Part shown: piece by piece, positions 35,601 through 51,058 of the stretch
How positions within the stretch are numbered: the stretch's first letter is position 1
Layout: every line of letters starts with the position of its first letter
DNA from: Octopus sinensis
Taxonomy: Eukaryota
DNA: 64,000 bases
Assembly: GCF_006345805.1 (NCBI RefSeq)
Contig: NC_042999.1
Location: 128,774,001 to 128,838,000, forward strand
Reading direction: 5' to 3'
The notes under the pieces: model-generated
Seen by the model: only the letters and a program-made list of their open reading frames with translations
What the model was told of the DNA's origin: nothing
Databases searched by the model: none
Program-made: the position numbers and the translations under genes

Positions 35601-37885
35601 GTGAAGTGCGTATATTAATATTTTTATTTAGTCATCTGATTTTTGTTTACAATCTCTTCCAACTTTTCTGTAACTTGTCTCTGACATGACTCTTCATCTG
35701 CTGTTGCATTGTGCCAATAAAATTTATAAATATAAATTCATTTCTTTAAAACAATTTCAAAGGCATGGACATTGCGACTCTTATTTATTTTGTCATAATC
35801 CTTTTTGCTACAGGCACAATGCCCTGAAACTTCGGAGGAGGGAGCTAGTCGATTACATCGGCCCCGGTACTAAACTCTATACTTTATCAACTCCGAAAGG
35901 ATGAAGGGCAGCCAACCGCGGCGGCATTGAAACTCGGAATGTAAAGAGCCGGAAGAAATACCGCAAAGCATTTTGTTTGGCGCGGTAACGATTCTACCAG
36001 CTCGTCGCCTTAAAAACATCAAGAGGCTTTTTTTTCCCGACGTTCTAGCGATTCTGCTACTTCGCCACCTTTTTATTTTCTCATAATAATAGCTCATTGT
36101 TGATGCTTTTGTAAGAAACATTCATTCGAAACTATCTGTAAAGCGAGCAATTTATATAAAGTCATGTATTTATTTATTCTATGTAAAACAAACCCCTATC
36201 AATTTGGTAACTGGAAATATGCATAGGATTTGGTCACAAAATATGTTCCAGTTTATATGGCGCTCTTACGTTTGATATATTAAATTTGTTTAATGTTAAG
36301 GATGGTGTTTGGAGTGTTGAGATGTTCGTGTGAGATCATGTTGGAAACCAGTTAACAAAGTGAAGCTTTATAGTCAGACACATGAGATTTTATAAACACT
36401 GTACGAAGTATTGGCGTAGCTTGGACGGGACCATAGAAGCGTTTGTCCTAGGCGCAAAATTTCGGGAAAAAATAATTTTAATAAAATATAGCGCGTCTTA
36501 CTCCAAGCGCTCGCAACCCACGCTGGTATGAAGTTCCAAATATCTGTGTACATAGTCTTGTGCGGTTACGAAATATACATACTTTTACTCTACACATCTT
36601 TAGGCCCAAAACATTAAATATGTATGTCCAAAACGGATATCCTAAAGCAACAATCAATCAGTTTTCTTTGCCTTGTACAAAAAGTGCGTGATAGCTATTC
36701 GCACATTGTTAAATAGAAATTTTTAAAGGAAAGCGAATGTTGTGCTTTTGGGTTAAAAAGAAAGTGACTGTGTAAAACAACCTGACTGATTCAACAAATA
36801 AACATTTTAAAGATAAACGATCTCTGGTGGAATATCTTGATTGAAAGTCGTGAACCTCAGATCTGAGGAAATAAAGTTAAAATATTCACTGTTTATATTT
36901 GAAGAATATTCTTACACATCAATTCATTCCAAATGGGAGATTCTTATGAAGATAAGTCCTAAAATGTGAAGAAAGCTTTTGATATGAGAAACATTGATTT
37001 TATTATCTTATTTGCTGAAACTCGAATTTCAGTATTCTTTCTTATACTGTACCCATCCAACACACGCATGCTAATTATTATTGCTTCCTATACAAACGTT
37101 TGGAAAGCATTATTCGTGGATGATAAGCCATTCTTTTATTCTCTAGTTTCTTTATATTCAAGTAATCATTCAAAGATTTGAAAATAGCTCTAATCAAGAG
37201 CATTGACAACTTGCATTTGTCCGTAAACTAGCCGAGTCTTTTAAATGCTTACGTCAACCTCAGTGAATCATTTTTATTTTCAGTTTATTTTCAAAGTTAA
37301 TGAATCAATAAAATCCTAAGATTCTACACTAATACACACACTGAAAACTTTATATCCTCCACCTACAATTCTCTACAATTTTTCTTATTTATTCCAGTTC
37401 TACGATGTATCCTTTGCACATGCATATTTAATTGCTTTCTTAGCTATCTCAGTTCAGCTGGATATCAGAAGTATTGATATTCCTTCACTACTCAGTTGCT
37501 TTCCCAACATACCTGCATTCAGTTGATCAGATTTATACTGTACATCATCCATTGATTAATGATTCAACTCTTTCGTCTTACACTTTCAATCCACAGTCTT
37601 TACTTTCCATATGTTACTAGTCTGTATTTCATGTTATTCTTACGAAACATGATAATCTTTGTCCTAAGGTTGGATTAGGAATACAATTGATTTCTTTTGA
37701 GTAGCTACACGATTTCATTGTCATCAAATAAGGTGACAATTCTTTATTGAACTTCCTTCCTCTATCTTAAACCCTTTGATATTATGATGTTAGAATCTTC
37801 AATATTCTTCGCTAATATGAATTTAAAATCTGATAGTATCCACTGCTTCTAGTGATCCAGGTTTGTCAGTTCTTGGTCATCCATG

Positions 37886-37918
<33 letters not shown>

Positions 37919-40689
37919 GTTAGTCCTTTAGTCCATTATCTATCTGCCTGATAATTTATTCTCATTGTCATCTTCAGCACAATAAATTTTAGATACTGTT
38001 ATCCACTCTAACCGCTAACTCAGAAACAGTCATCCATGCTTCAAGACTTTTCTAAAGCTCCTACATAGACTCTGCTATTATTTCAAACAGTTTGTTCTCT
38101 GTTCATCACCAAGAACCATGTTTGTGGTATTTCTATATACAAGCTGGACTGTTCCTAACTCACTCAGAGATATATTTTATGCAGAGTTACTTGGTGTTAG
38201 GCTTATGGATTTTAAAAATAAATTTTAATAATAATACAAGTAGAATATCAGTATAAAGAATGATTAATAAATAATTCAAGAAACTTGATGTTTGTTAACA
38301 GAAATTCTTGGATTCAAGCCTTAAACTATTATATAGGAAGAGAATACATTTGGAGAAAAAATGGCTTTCCATAAATTATAAGCTTTGCAATGAATGATTT
38401 ATTAATTATGTTCTCATACTTATCAACATCACACACAAACTATTACAACATCAACTGTACTTTCCTGCAAATTTACTATTCAGTTACAAGGACCTGTTGC
38501 AAAACACTATTAAAATAAAACTTTTTGATTGATAAACTAGTACATATTTTATGAACTGAGTTTATTTTTGATTGGAATCTGCAACATTAGATGGAACGTT
38601 GTAATAATACCAAGTCTTCTATTACTTTGAAACCCAAGAAATAAACTTGCTGTTACCCTTCATCTCATATATTTGTGCATGTTGTTACCATTCATCAACT
38701 ATTTCTTAAGAAATATTCTTAAAAAGTGACATGAATTGACTATGGCGGAAGACAAGAAGGAGCAGTAAGGTTGGATTTGAAGACACTTTGCCTTACAGAC
38801 AAGATAAAAGTATTGACAGTAGGAGTGATATGCCTTACTGCAGATGTGTTCCATCTAAGTTAAAAAGTAATGTTAAATTAATTACAATGGTTCCTTGACA
38901 CATACTGATGGATTCTCTTCCTTTCTTTCTCTCCATTTCTCTTCTCTCTTCTTTTCTCCTCCTCTTCTCATCAATTCTCTTGAATGACTATCTTTGCTTT
39001 TCAATCAACAGAGCTACCTATTCATTAAATTATAGTGAAAAATGACTGAGTATACCACAGACATTTGTACCCTTAATGTTACTGCACCATTATAAGCTGT
39101 AAGCTGGGTTGCATGTTAAACCCATAATGAACAGACACTAACATGATATAATATATTTTAATTGTAAGATTTATTGCACAAGAGAGCAATTGAATTCAAC
39201 TTCTAATAACTGCTATTAGAGCATGTAGGAATTGGAATAGAGTATCATAATGACTAATTAAGCTTGAAATTCTAGAAATTGTTGGCTTGCAAATATGAAG
39301 AAGAATTCCTTTTTATTTCAAGCTGGATTCAACTAATGAAAACTTGGTGTTGCTGGGTGATGAAAGATGAGGTGTGTGTTTTCTGATGATTCTCACACAT
39401 CTCTGGTTGTTCTGGTTTGCTTGACAAGAGATGAAGCGTCTGTTCTCCTGCACTCTCTTATATCTCTGCTGTTTGTTCTTGGTGTGAATTACTTATAACT
39501 AGAGAAATGTATACATATCTCAAGGATGTTTGAGATTACAGTCATGATGTTGTGAGCTGATTGGTTTGATAATTAGAATGTGTGATCAATTCATGTCCAT
39601 TGACTTGGGAACTAAAATATGTTAGGTTCAATTCTAGTTCTCACTACATAATTCTTAGGCATATTCAGTATGACACTGTGTAACAGAGCTGGACCTGTGT
39701 ATATTTCATCCAGTAAACTTCCATACAAACTTTTTCTAGTTAATTTTATGCATAAAGCTGGAGTCAATCCAAAACTATGGTAGGGAACACTTTGTCAAGG
39801 AACCATGCTGTGATTACAAATTAAAATTCTTAATTACCTGAAACCATTACATTTAGTATAGCTTTGGACAATTTAACATATGATACATTATATGATACCT
39901 GGATATATCAAATGTAATAGTTTATTATATTTTATTACCCAATATTTCTGGTGAGAATATGTCCTCCAAATCTTTTATTAGTTTCATCTTCCTCAATATC
40001 ACATGAATCAATGTCGTCTATGACAAAATAAGAAACAGACCACCTGTCAATTGTCCTCAGTTACAGATATAGACAATAATTCCTGTCAAAACTGATTTCA
40101 ATGCAGAAATGTAACATTTTTCACTGTTCGTATTGGATCAACATTGTTTTGTTTCTTTATTCATTTATTTCATATTGTCATAGCATGGATTGTTTTACAG
40201 CAGAGCATCTAGAAGGATACAGATAGAATATTGGGTTACCTCATCTGTGAGATCTAACATTTTAAAACTCTAATCAAACAACCTCATGCTCTTTGAATTA
40301 CATACATGCACACATGTTTCACATATGTACATATGTACATATATATGTACATATATATGTACACACATATACATATGTATTCTCACATATGGAAGACATT
40401 GCTACATGTTAACCATTTTTTGTTAATGATGTGCAGGATTTGTATACAGTTGTATACAAATCAGTGTTTTTGTCTTTCATGTATTTGTGTTGTATGTATA
40501 GTTATAGGTTAAAAAGTGTGAGTGAGAAGACAGTACATTACTGAAGAAAATAATGTTCTGAAAAGGTTGTTCTTGTACAGTAGATTTCTAACTAGCATTT
40601 TGCATCTTTTATTCAGGCAGCACTCATGTGAGTAAATAGGAGGGAATGGAATTGAAAGGTTTACTGAAAAATACCCATGCTATTGACAC

Positions 40690-40910
40690 ATAAAAGACAC
40701 CTCTGCCAGTGACAAATAAAAAGCACCCATGCTGGTAACACATAAAAGACGCCCAATACACTCTGGAGTGGTTGGCATTAGGAAGGGCATCCAGCTATAG
40801 AAACCAAGCCAAAAACAGACTGCAGCCTGGGTGCAGCTCCAGCCAAACTGTCTTACCCATACCAGCATAGAAAATAGCTGCTAAATGATGGTGAGGATGT
40901 TGATGATGAT
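40690..40910 (+). mobile_element. Diverged RTE LINE 3' fragment
   Basis: CACTCTGGAGTGGTTGGCATTAGGAAGGGCATCCAGCTATAGAAAC...CCAGCATAGAAAATAGCTGCTAAATGATG is a degenerate family terminus. Confidence 0.75.
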
Positions 40911-41692
40911 TGGTCCTAAGAGTGGTTCGTGTGAGAGGGTTTTATTGTTGAATCCATCATAGATTTTCGGTGTTAGATTTGTGTATATAGATGTGGTATG
41001 TGTAGTGTGTGTGTGTGTGTGTGTATGTTGTGCTGTGTTGTTTTGTGTATGTCTTGTGTTCGTATGTTGTGTTTTTCTGTGTGTATTGTTTGTGTATAAA
41101 TGTTTAGGCTTTTCCTACCTATGGCAAACAAAGCTGACTTGCTCAGTAGCCTAAGCTTTCCAATTAAATGTGAAGAAAAATTGAAATGTCTCTTGATATT
41201 GTTGATTAATTGGTCTACTTCTACTTCTCTGTTCAAGCATACAGTATTGAGTGTGTTTGGTGTGTTGTATTAACTGACTGATGATTACCAAGATTAACCT
41301 GGATAGCTCCAACATTGAGAGTATAAATATTTTTTTTTTCCATTTCAAGATTAGGATTGCATCAACAAGCTATAAACAAATGGTGACTGGGGTGATGATG
41401 GACGTGGTTGGGAGGTTGATAACAGTGGTCATGATGGGAGGTTGTTAGTGATAGGTAATGGTGGTAATGTTAAGGATAATAGTAATTATGATGCTGGTGG
41501 TGATGTTGCTGTTGCTTAGCACTAGTTTGGTCCTGATTAAGCAAACCTATGATACATAATACATCTAGGACTACATTATCCAATGTGTCCTTTTCTTTTA
41601 AAGACAGTATAATATAATTTTGGGGAGATTTGGCTGGTGTTTCTAGCAGGTCAAGCAACCATACAGAGGTTCCTTTGTTTGTTCAATATTGC

Positions 41693-41725
<33 letters not shown>

Positions 41726-42336
41726 ACTGACTGCAATTGTAGTAGTGGTGAGGATAATAACGGTTTTGCATACACATCTATACAATGGAATGAAGGCATG
41801 TGTCAGCATGGGTGGTAACTCACTAAACAGCTGCAGCCACATCTGTGCTACTTTAAGAGGGTAATCAAGCAATTGACGGCATTACTCAAAATCTGATTGC
41901 ATCAGCACCCACACCATCTTCCACACACCTACACATGCACACACACACACACACACGTCAAGGTCACCAGTCCCTATCCACATGCACATACACGCTCTCA
42001 CATACACGCTCTCACATACACACACAGGGACACCTTCATTTTGGGATCACCACAATTTTTTTTATCTACCCTTCTTCCTAGTTCTCCTGTCTGACCACCC
42101 CTGTCTGGCATTTGCCATGATTGACTGCTAGCCACTAAACCTTTTTTATTTTCTCTCCTTACTTATTTGTGTGTTCCTTTCTGTTGAAGAGCGTGAGCTC
42201 AAAATGTAAAAGACTTTCTCACTTCCCAAGTGTTAAACTAATACATCTGTTTGTTGTTTACACACCCATTTTCGTCTTTTGTTTTTTTTGTAAATTCCAA
42301 CTATATATATATATTATGAGTGTGTGTGTGTGTATG

Positions 42337-42370
<34 letters not shown>

Positions 42371-42400
42371 TGTATGTATGTATGTATGTATGTATGTATG

Positions 42401-42456
<56 letters not shown>

Positions 42457-42494
42457 ATATACATACACACATATATATATGTATGTGTATGTAT

Positions 42495-42574
<80 letters not shown>

Positions 42575-45108
42575 ATATGTATATATATAAATATAAGACG
42601 ATTCAAATAAATTAGGAAAATTAATTATACATCTATTCAGTCATTTACACAGCATATTTAATTTAAACCTCAATCCAACATATGTTTCTGCTGCATGGAT
42701 ATCTCACAATGTGATTTTCATTTGCATCCTGTTTATTCATTCGCATCCAGATTTCATTCAGGTTAAAAACATGTCCATGCAGCTTTATTTTAGATGTTAT
42801 CATTAAAGTTTGAAGTGAACTGGAGTATAATGATTTAGACAGTCTTACATTTTAGTAGAGGACAGATAGTGTTGAATGCAAAGAATAAGAGAAGTAACAA
42901 GAAATTTAATATAACTATAAAGTTTGTTATCAGATTGATCATTTAAGATGACCTACTAAAGTTTGATTCTTGAATCATGAATGCTAGATATTAAACTAGG
43001 TCAGAATTAATTTCATCTACTAGCCTTAAGTAAAATAAATCAGTATAAATTTCAGTGATAGATGTATTCGATTAAGGGTTACTAAGTCAAATGTAATGTA
43101 AAAATATTAGAAACACAGAACTTAAAATCTTTACAATCTTAGAGATTACTTTTTACACAATCTCTTCTTTCTCTAGACTGGCAGAGATTAATGGAAGGGT
43201 AAAATGTGAACTGATAGAGTCAAAAACGTGTATATGTCTTTCACGATTCAGTTTTCAACACTCTTATTTTCATTTTAGTCTTTGAAACTTTAGTAGATTG
43301 GCTACTATGCTTGTATTCATAAGCAAGTCTTTGTTTATCCACCCACACATTGTATCATTGCCTAGCAACAAATATACAGGTATAGGACTTCAGACTTTGA
43401 AATAAACTAAATAACTACAGCATAATTTATGCCCTTTTTTAAATATATTTTGGTTATTATTATAGTTTTAAGCATTAATACATAGCCATGGGATATAAGC
43501 ATGATGCTCAATAGGTTTAAATATAAGTTCTAATTTAACTAAACATGTTAAAAATAGAAGCTTGTTTGAAATAACTTTAGTAATATTCTTTCTACGATAA
43601 GCACAAGGTAGTAATTTTGGGAAAGGGAACTTGTCATTTACATTGGCCCCAGTGCTCAACAGGTACTTATTCTATCAATCCCAAAGGAGTGAAAGGTGAA
43701 GTTGACCATAGCAGTTTTTGAAATCATAATGTAAACACAGACAAAATGCCACTAAACATTCTGTTTGGCATGCTAAAGATTCTGGCAGTTCACTTCATTA
43801 CTAATTTCAGTGATAATGAGATTATAAAAGGCACAGAAATTTAGATATGCTAGAGAACTACTGTGTTCACTTTGCAATCTACTTTTTGTCTCCTGTACTG
43901 TATTACATGAAAATTCAACTTGATATGCATTTTAACATTTAATACTGTAGCTATTGTAATAATCTGTATAGTAAGAATTTTCTAAGCTATTTCCTTTACT
44001 CTAATTGTTCTAATATATCCTGAACTATGAACTGATTCCATTGAACTTTGAATGCCATTGTAAATGCTTATTCTTGATTATAGGAGTGAAATTTTATTTT
44101 TGTTAGTGAAATGAATAAATGCTGGAAAAATTGAAAATATAACTTTCTTATGTATTTATCAAAATGCTATCAGTCTGCTATTTCAAACACTCAGCTTATT
44201 TTTCTTTGTTTTTTTTTTTTTTCATTGAAAATGATAACATTTTCACTAAAAAGACTTTTGTGATGAATTTCATACTGGAATTTCATGGGAATTTCTTTAT
44301 GCAAAGTGAAGCCAGGAACTACATTTGAAGTTAAAACATGAATTGATTGATTAAAGAAATTAATCTATTCAGAAAATAGGAAGAAAGCAGGCAGTGCATG
44401 AGGGCAGAATCAATATATTATATATAAATATATTGTTTTCTAGTGCAATTTTTCAAGGACTGAAGGCCACAACCTGATAAAATAATTCACTGGAAGTATT
44501 ATGTTATCTCTGGATCACAGAAAACAGTAGTTATTCTCTGATGTCTGAGTGAGATAATACTTGCTATATTTCTACAATTGAAGTAGGGATTACAATAACA
44601 ATTTCAATGAGAGCAAAATATAAAATAAGTTCAGAAAACTACTTCATCTAACTGCAACAAAAGTTGGTTGTATACACATGCAGATACAACACACATGCAT
44701 GCATGTATATGTGTGTGTGTAAAGAAATCCTATATTAACTTCAGGACAGAAGTATTATATATGACCTTTGGGGATATACAATTTGACAAACAAGTTTAGT
44801 ATAGAAAGCTGATTAATCACTTGTATATCAATGGCATACTTGATCTGATATATTGAAAAGATATTGTTATTGACATGAAATAGGAAAAGACAAGATCTAA
44901 TCATTGAAAAAAATATAATGACATAATGTTGGAAGGTGCCTATCAGAGAAATAGGCATAAAATGTCTTGGAGTGAGTTAATTCAAACTTAGGACTATTAA
45001 GTCTCTTATATGAGGTAATGCAGTTTCAATATACCATCATGGAAAAATGGACATTATAGATGCAAGTAGGGATACGTAGCTAAGAAGTTCCCTTATAACC
45101 CATTGTGT

Positions 45109-45145
<37 letters not shown>

Positions 45146-45473
45146 AACACAAATAACGACACCAATGTTTTATGATTGGAAAAGGTAGAAAGAAAGTGTA
45201 TGGAAGCTCATTGTGTGTGTGTGAATCTTGACAGTCCACAGCTTCACTTGTCACCATCTGAATAAGATGGTGATTTGATGTTTGCATTCTTTGCTGACAT
45301 TCAAACCAGACACTCTAAACTTTTGGAAACCAGAATAAAGAAAATCCCCACTTGAAAAACAGTTAAGAATTGGTGATAGGAGATATGTCCAGCCATAAAA
45401 TGTTACCTCAAATTAGTTCCTGTCTGACACATGGTACTAACATGGAAAACAACAGACTTTAGTTGAATGAACA

Positions 45474-45515
<42 letters not shown>

Positions 45516-48500
45516 TTGTGTATGTATATTATGTAAAGTGTTAAACACTTATAAAATGCAAATTAGTTGTTCTAGTTCTCTGAAGTTACTAGATTAGTTG
45601 TGTATATAAATGGAATGGCTGTTTGTTTCTCTGGAATTGGTTGGGTGATGCAGATACTTCTGATGAAACTCCAATAAGGTTCGAAAATCAATTGAGGATT
45701 TTCATCATTTTTTTTCAATTTACAGAGAAATAACTGAATTTGCCATGTTTGTATGTTTACTCACACACACATGCATGCACGTGCGCACATGCACACATGT
45801 ACACACACATGCATTTGCTTGTGCACACACATGCATGTGCTTGCACACACACATGCATGTGCTTGCGCACACACACACATGTGCATGCACTCATATGCAC
45901 ACACACACACACACACACAGAGGCATACCTCATGTTGCAATGTAGAATTCTGTAATACAAAACCTAATTTCTCATTGGTCTCCATTGTTCAGTATGATGG
46001 AACTCTTTGGAAAAAACTGGTTTCACATCTTGAAATTCCAGTTTTTTTGCAACATTTTCAGGAATGCAATGCTTGTGTAACACAGGAGATGCATGTACAT
46101 ATGCTAATGTTTACACTTGCCTGACAATTGCTGTTGCTTGTTTGCACTCTTTTGTGTCACCTAACTTAATGAAAAATCTAATAGCGATTAATGAAATAAG
46201 TACTGGGGTTGATATTAACTAAACCAGCCCTTAAAGACAGTGTCACTAGCATAGCTAAAGTCTAATGACTGAAACTAGTAAAAGAATTAAAGAAGTAAAC
46301 TAATAATAACTATGGTTAACAACAGTGATATTAAGGTAATGAATGAATGAATGACCTTCAGTGTGGTTGAATAACAAATCCCAACCAGTCAGGATTCACA
46401 GTACAGGTTGTACTACTCATCCTTTTGATTGCTGAATACAGAATGTGGCTTGTGAGGCCTCCGTTCAGGTGATTTTCCTGAGTCACCATTTACAGCTGAG
46501 AGGAATGGAGTAATGTAAAACGAAGTGTTTTGCTGAAGAACACAACACACAGTTGGTCTGGGAATTGAAATCACAATCTCACAACCATGAGTGCAGCACT
46601 AACCACTAGGTATACATAAACACCACCAAAACATAGACAGACACTCATATACATGTGATGAGTTTCTGCACACTTCTCAGCAATCCAATACTACTCAAAG
46701 AGTATTAGTCAACTTGAGGCTATAGCAGAAAATACTTCTCCAAGGTGACTCACTGTGGAATCAATCCTAGCACCATCTAGTTGTGAAATGAACTTCACAA
46801 CCATGCAGCTATCAATGAAATTTAAAAGTATGTGCTTTACATGACTGGCATGTATCATGACATATCTTGCTGTTATGATGTAAAACTCCATGGTAACAGA
46901 TGAGAAAAAATATCTACGTATCTATTGGGTGGACATATATTGAATACTTTTGAAAGATATGTCCATGATAGTGCAATACATCAGATAGGACAGACATTTA
47001 CATATTACTGCATATAAAGTAGGTTATGAAACATTCAGTATATGTTGGTTATCATTAATAATAGTTGTCATGGTGTGTTAGAAGTATCGGCACAGTAATA
47101 AAATAATAACAATAGAAAATGTTCTTTTACTGATTTCATAAATTTCTTTATAGGAATTTTGTACTGTTGGAAGTGTCAGATGTGGCTTTTTTGACATTTG
47201 AGTTCAGTGGAAGTTAAGTGTCTGAAACATCATCTCAGTACAAAAGCAGGAACAAAGACATGTTACTATTGACTCTATTCTGCTTGTAGCTAAGACTTCA
47301 TCATCATCAAGTGCCATAGATATCTTGTTATCACAAGATTTAGGGCTAAATAGTCTGCTAAGTGCCTCACTCCAGCAGATGAAAATTCATTTTCAGCTGA
47401 TTGAATTGGAACAACTTGAGACAAATCCCCTTTTCCAAAGGCACAATACACTGCCTGGTCTGGAAATAGAACCCATGACTTTATAATCATCAGTCCAACA
47501 GTTTAACAAGTCGACCACAGGACATCTCAACTAATATAACTAAAATCCTCCTGTCATCATTCTCAATCAACTTCTTCCCTCCCTACTCTTTCTCTCCTCT
47601 CTTTCTCTCTTTCTACATGCATGAGTATGTGTGTGTGGCAGGGTTGCATGAAATCAGAAATGCATTGTTTCTAGTTCCCTTGTTTTTGTCTCTGTTTTAG
47701 AATAAGTTCTCACTTACACAGTGGGACACTACCAGCATTTGATTGGAATTTGTTATCAATGAAGGGACAACTCCAATGCCATATCTTTTTTAACAGTGTA
47801 TGTCCTAGAGACACAGTAAGAGAGACTCAATGTGATTGTTTCATCTGCTAGAAATAGCAGCCAAATCATCCTAATATAGCAAACATCCTATTGTCTTAAA
47901 AAATGGGAAAAGCCAAGAAGTTTTTTAAAAAAGATGGGATAGTTACAGTTGAAATGCTTTTGACCATAGGGTTGTTTGATCAGGGTTGGCTTGGGGTTAA
48001 ACATAAATGACAACATAAGGTGCAGATATGGTTATAGATGCAGGCATAGAAACAGGTGCAGGTATGGATGTGGGTGTATAGAATTTGCTTTATAACCACA
48101 TGATTTCAGGTTCTATCTCACTGTGTGGCACCTTGTGCAAGTGTCCTCTATTGTAGCCTTGGGCTGACCAATGCCTTGTGAGTGGAATTGGTGGATGTTA
48201 TGGAAGCTTATTGTACATGCGTGTGTGTGCATGAACATACGTGTGTGTGTGTGTGTAAATGTTTACATTCTGTGTCTTTGCATGAAACCATTTGACCAGA
48301 AGCTGTAATATTATGCTGACATTGTCTGTTAATGAATTGTCTTATAGATCTGCATTTTCAAAATTGCACAAGAATAAAAAAGAAAACTCTTACTTGAATA
48401 TCAGGTAAGGGTTAACAACAGGAAGGGCATTTGACTGTAAAATAATGCCTCATAAATAAATAACTATTTAACCTTTGCCACCATGGGAAACTGGATGTAA

Positions 48501-49139
48501 AACAAGTAAGCAAATATAATATTTTATGTATATCAATTGTTGTACTTTTATGTATCTTCACTAAAACAATAATGTAGATATTATTTATTTTACATAAAAA
48601 CTAATAACTACTTTGAACTAATCTAAAAGCAAAGAGCGTATATAATATTAATTGGATTTAGGCCAACTTTACTACTTTTGCTTGGAGTAGAATCATTAGA
48701 GCATTGGACAAAATACTTTGCAGTATTTAGTTATAATCTTTTATATTCTCAGTTCAGGTTCTACTGGTCAGCTTTGCCTTTCATCTGTCTGATATTGGTG
48801 AAAGGAAGTACCAGTCAAATACTGAGGGCAATTCTATTGATTAAATCTTCTCTACAACACGTGTGTGGTAGAAATGGAAAGTACCAAGCTAAATAATTTA
48901 CTGTTTTAATTAGTTTTACATCTTTTCATATTCTGAGTTCAAATTCAAAAGCTTGGTATTTTCTTTCCAGTCTGTGGATAAGTAACGTCATTCTAAATCT
49001 TAGTGAAAAGTCATGTTGCTTACTACACTACTTGGGTTTTGGTGTACTCAAGTCATTTGGTGACTGCTTCACCCTGTATAAATTTCTGTTGCATAATATA
49101 TTTGTACCTCCCCTTGTATATATGTATATACATATATAT

Positions 49140-51058
49140 ATCATCATCATCATCATCGTCGTTTAACGTCCGTTCTCCATGCTAGCATGGGTTGGACGGT
49201 TCGACCGGGGTTCTGGGAAGCCAGAAGGCTGCACCAGGCTCCAGTCTAATTTGGCAATGTTTCTACAGCTGGATGCCCTTCCTAACGCCAACCACTCCGT
49301 GAGTGTAGTGGGTGCTTTTTACGTGCCACCTGCACAGGTGCCAGGCGGGGCTGGCAACGGCCACAGTCAGTTTGGTGTATTTTATGTGCCACCGGCACGG
49401 AAGCCAGTCGAGGCGGTGCTGGCATCGGCCACGAGTCGGATAGTGCTTTTTACGTACCACCAGACCAGGGATCCTGGCTGGTTCAATTCGATTTCGATTT
49501 CGCTTGCCCCAACATGTCTTCACAAGCAAAGGGGGTTGGCAAGGGTGCCTGTCGTACAGTCGCATTGGAGTATTTTACGTGCCACGGCCACGAGTCGGAT
49601 AGTGCTTTTTACGTACCACCAGACCAGGGATCCTGGCTGGTTCAATTCGATTTCGATTTCGCTTGCCCCAACATGTCTTCACAAGCAAAGGGGGTTGGCA
49701 TGGGTGCCTGTCGTACGGTCGCATTGGAGTATTTTACGTGCCACGGCCCCGAGTCGGATAGTGCTTTTTACGTACCACCAGGCCAGGGATCCTGGCTGGT
49801 TCAATTCGGTTTCGATTTCGATTTCGATTTCGCTTGCCCCAACATGTCTTCGCAAGCATGGGGGGTTGGGATGGGTGTCTGTCGTCGGATGAGGTTCTAT
49901 ATCGACTTCGCTTGCCTCAACCGGTCTTTGTGTCCAAGGGAGGAAAGGCATTCATAAGTGGGCTGGGCTCACTTGTCCTGCCTGGTCTTCTCACGTACAG
50001 AATATTTCCAAAGGTCTCGGTCTCTGGTCATTTCCTCAGTGAGGCCTAAAGTTCGAAGGTCGTGCTTCACCACCTCGTCCCAGGTTTTCCTGGGTCTACC
50101 TCTTCCACGGGTTCCCTCAACTGCTAGGGATTGGCACTTTCTCACACACCTATCTTCATCCATTCTCGCCACATGACCATACCAGCGCAATCGTCTCTCT
50201 TGCACACCACAACTGATGCTTCTTAGGTACAACATTTCTCTCAAGGTGCTAACGCTCTGTCGAGTATGTACACTGACATTACACATCCATCGGAGCATAC
50301 TGGCTTCATTCCTCACGAGCTTACGCATGTCCTCAGCAGTCACAGCCCATGTTTCGCTGCCATGTAGCATGGCTGTTCGTACACACGCATCATACAGTCT
50401 GCCTTTTACTCTGAGTGAGAGGCCTTTAGTCACCAGCAGAGGTAAGAGCTCCCTAAACTTTGCCCAGGCTATTCTTATTCTAGCAGTTACACTTTCAGCG
50501 CACCCACCCCCACTACTGACTTGGTCACCTAGATAACGGAAGCTATCAACTACTTCTAGTTTTTCCCCCTGGAAAGTGACGGAAGTTGTTTTCTGCAGAT
50601 TTTCGGAGGTTAATGCTCCCGAGCATCTGCCACATACAAAAACTATCTTCCCAGTTAGCCTACCTTTGACATTGCTGCACCTCTTATGTGTCCATAGCTT
50701 ACACTGGGTACATCTTATAGAGTTTCTACCTACACCTTTTCTACAGATCGAGCAGGGCCATCTTCCTGAAGATATTTGTGGATTGTCTACCTTTCTACTT
50801 ATTAGTACTTTGGTTTTAGCTAGGTTGACTCTAAGGCCTCTTGATTCTAAACCCTCCTTCCACACCTGGAACTTCTCCTCCAGTTCTGATAGTGACTCAG
50901 CAATAAGAGCAAGGTCGTCAGCGTAGAGGAGCTCCCAGGGACAGCCTGTCTTGAATTCCTCCGTAATTGCCTGGAGTACTATGATAAATAGGAGGGGGCT
51001 GAGTACTGAACCCTGGTGGACCCCAACCTCTACTTTGAATTCTTCTGTGTACATGTTG

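Noticed and set aside
37400-38150. Possible very old LINE RT relic on the minus strand
   Set aside because: Only a vague AEDD-like motif was seen, not enough to call.
38746-38775. ATGGCGGAAGACAAGAAGGAGCA|GTAAGG, a possible micro first exon (MAEDKKE)
   Set aside because: Too short to distinguish from chance, with no supporting context.
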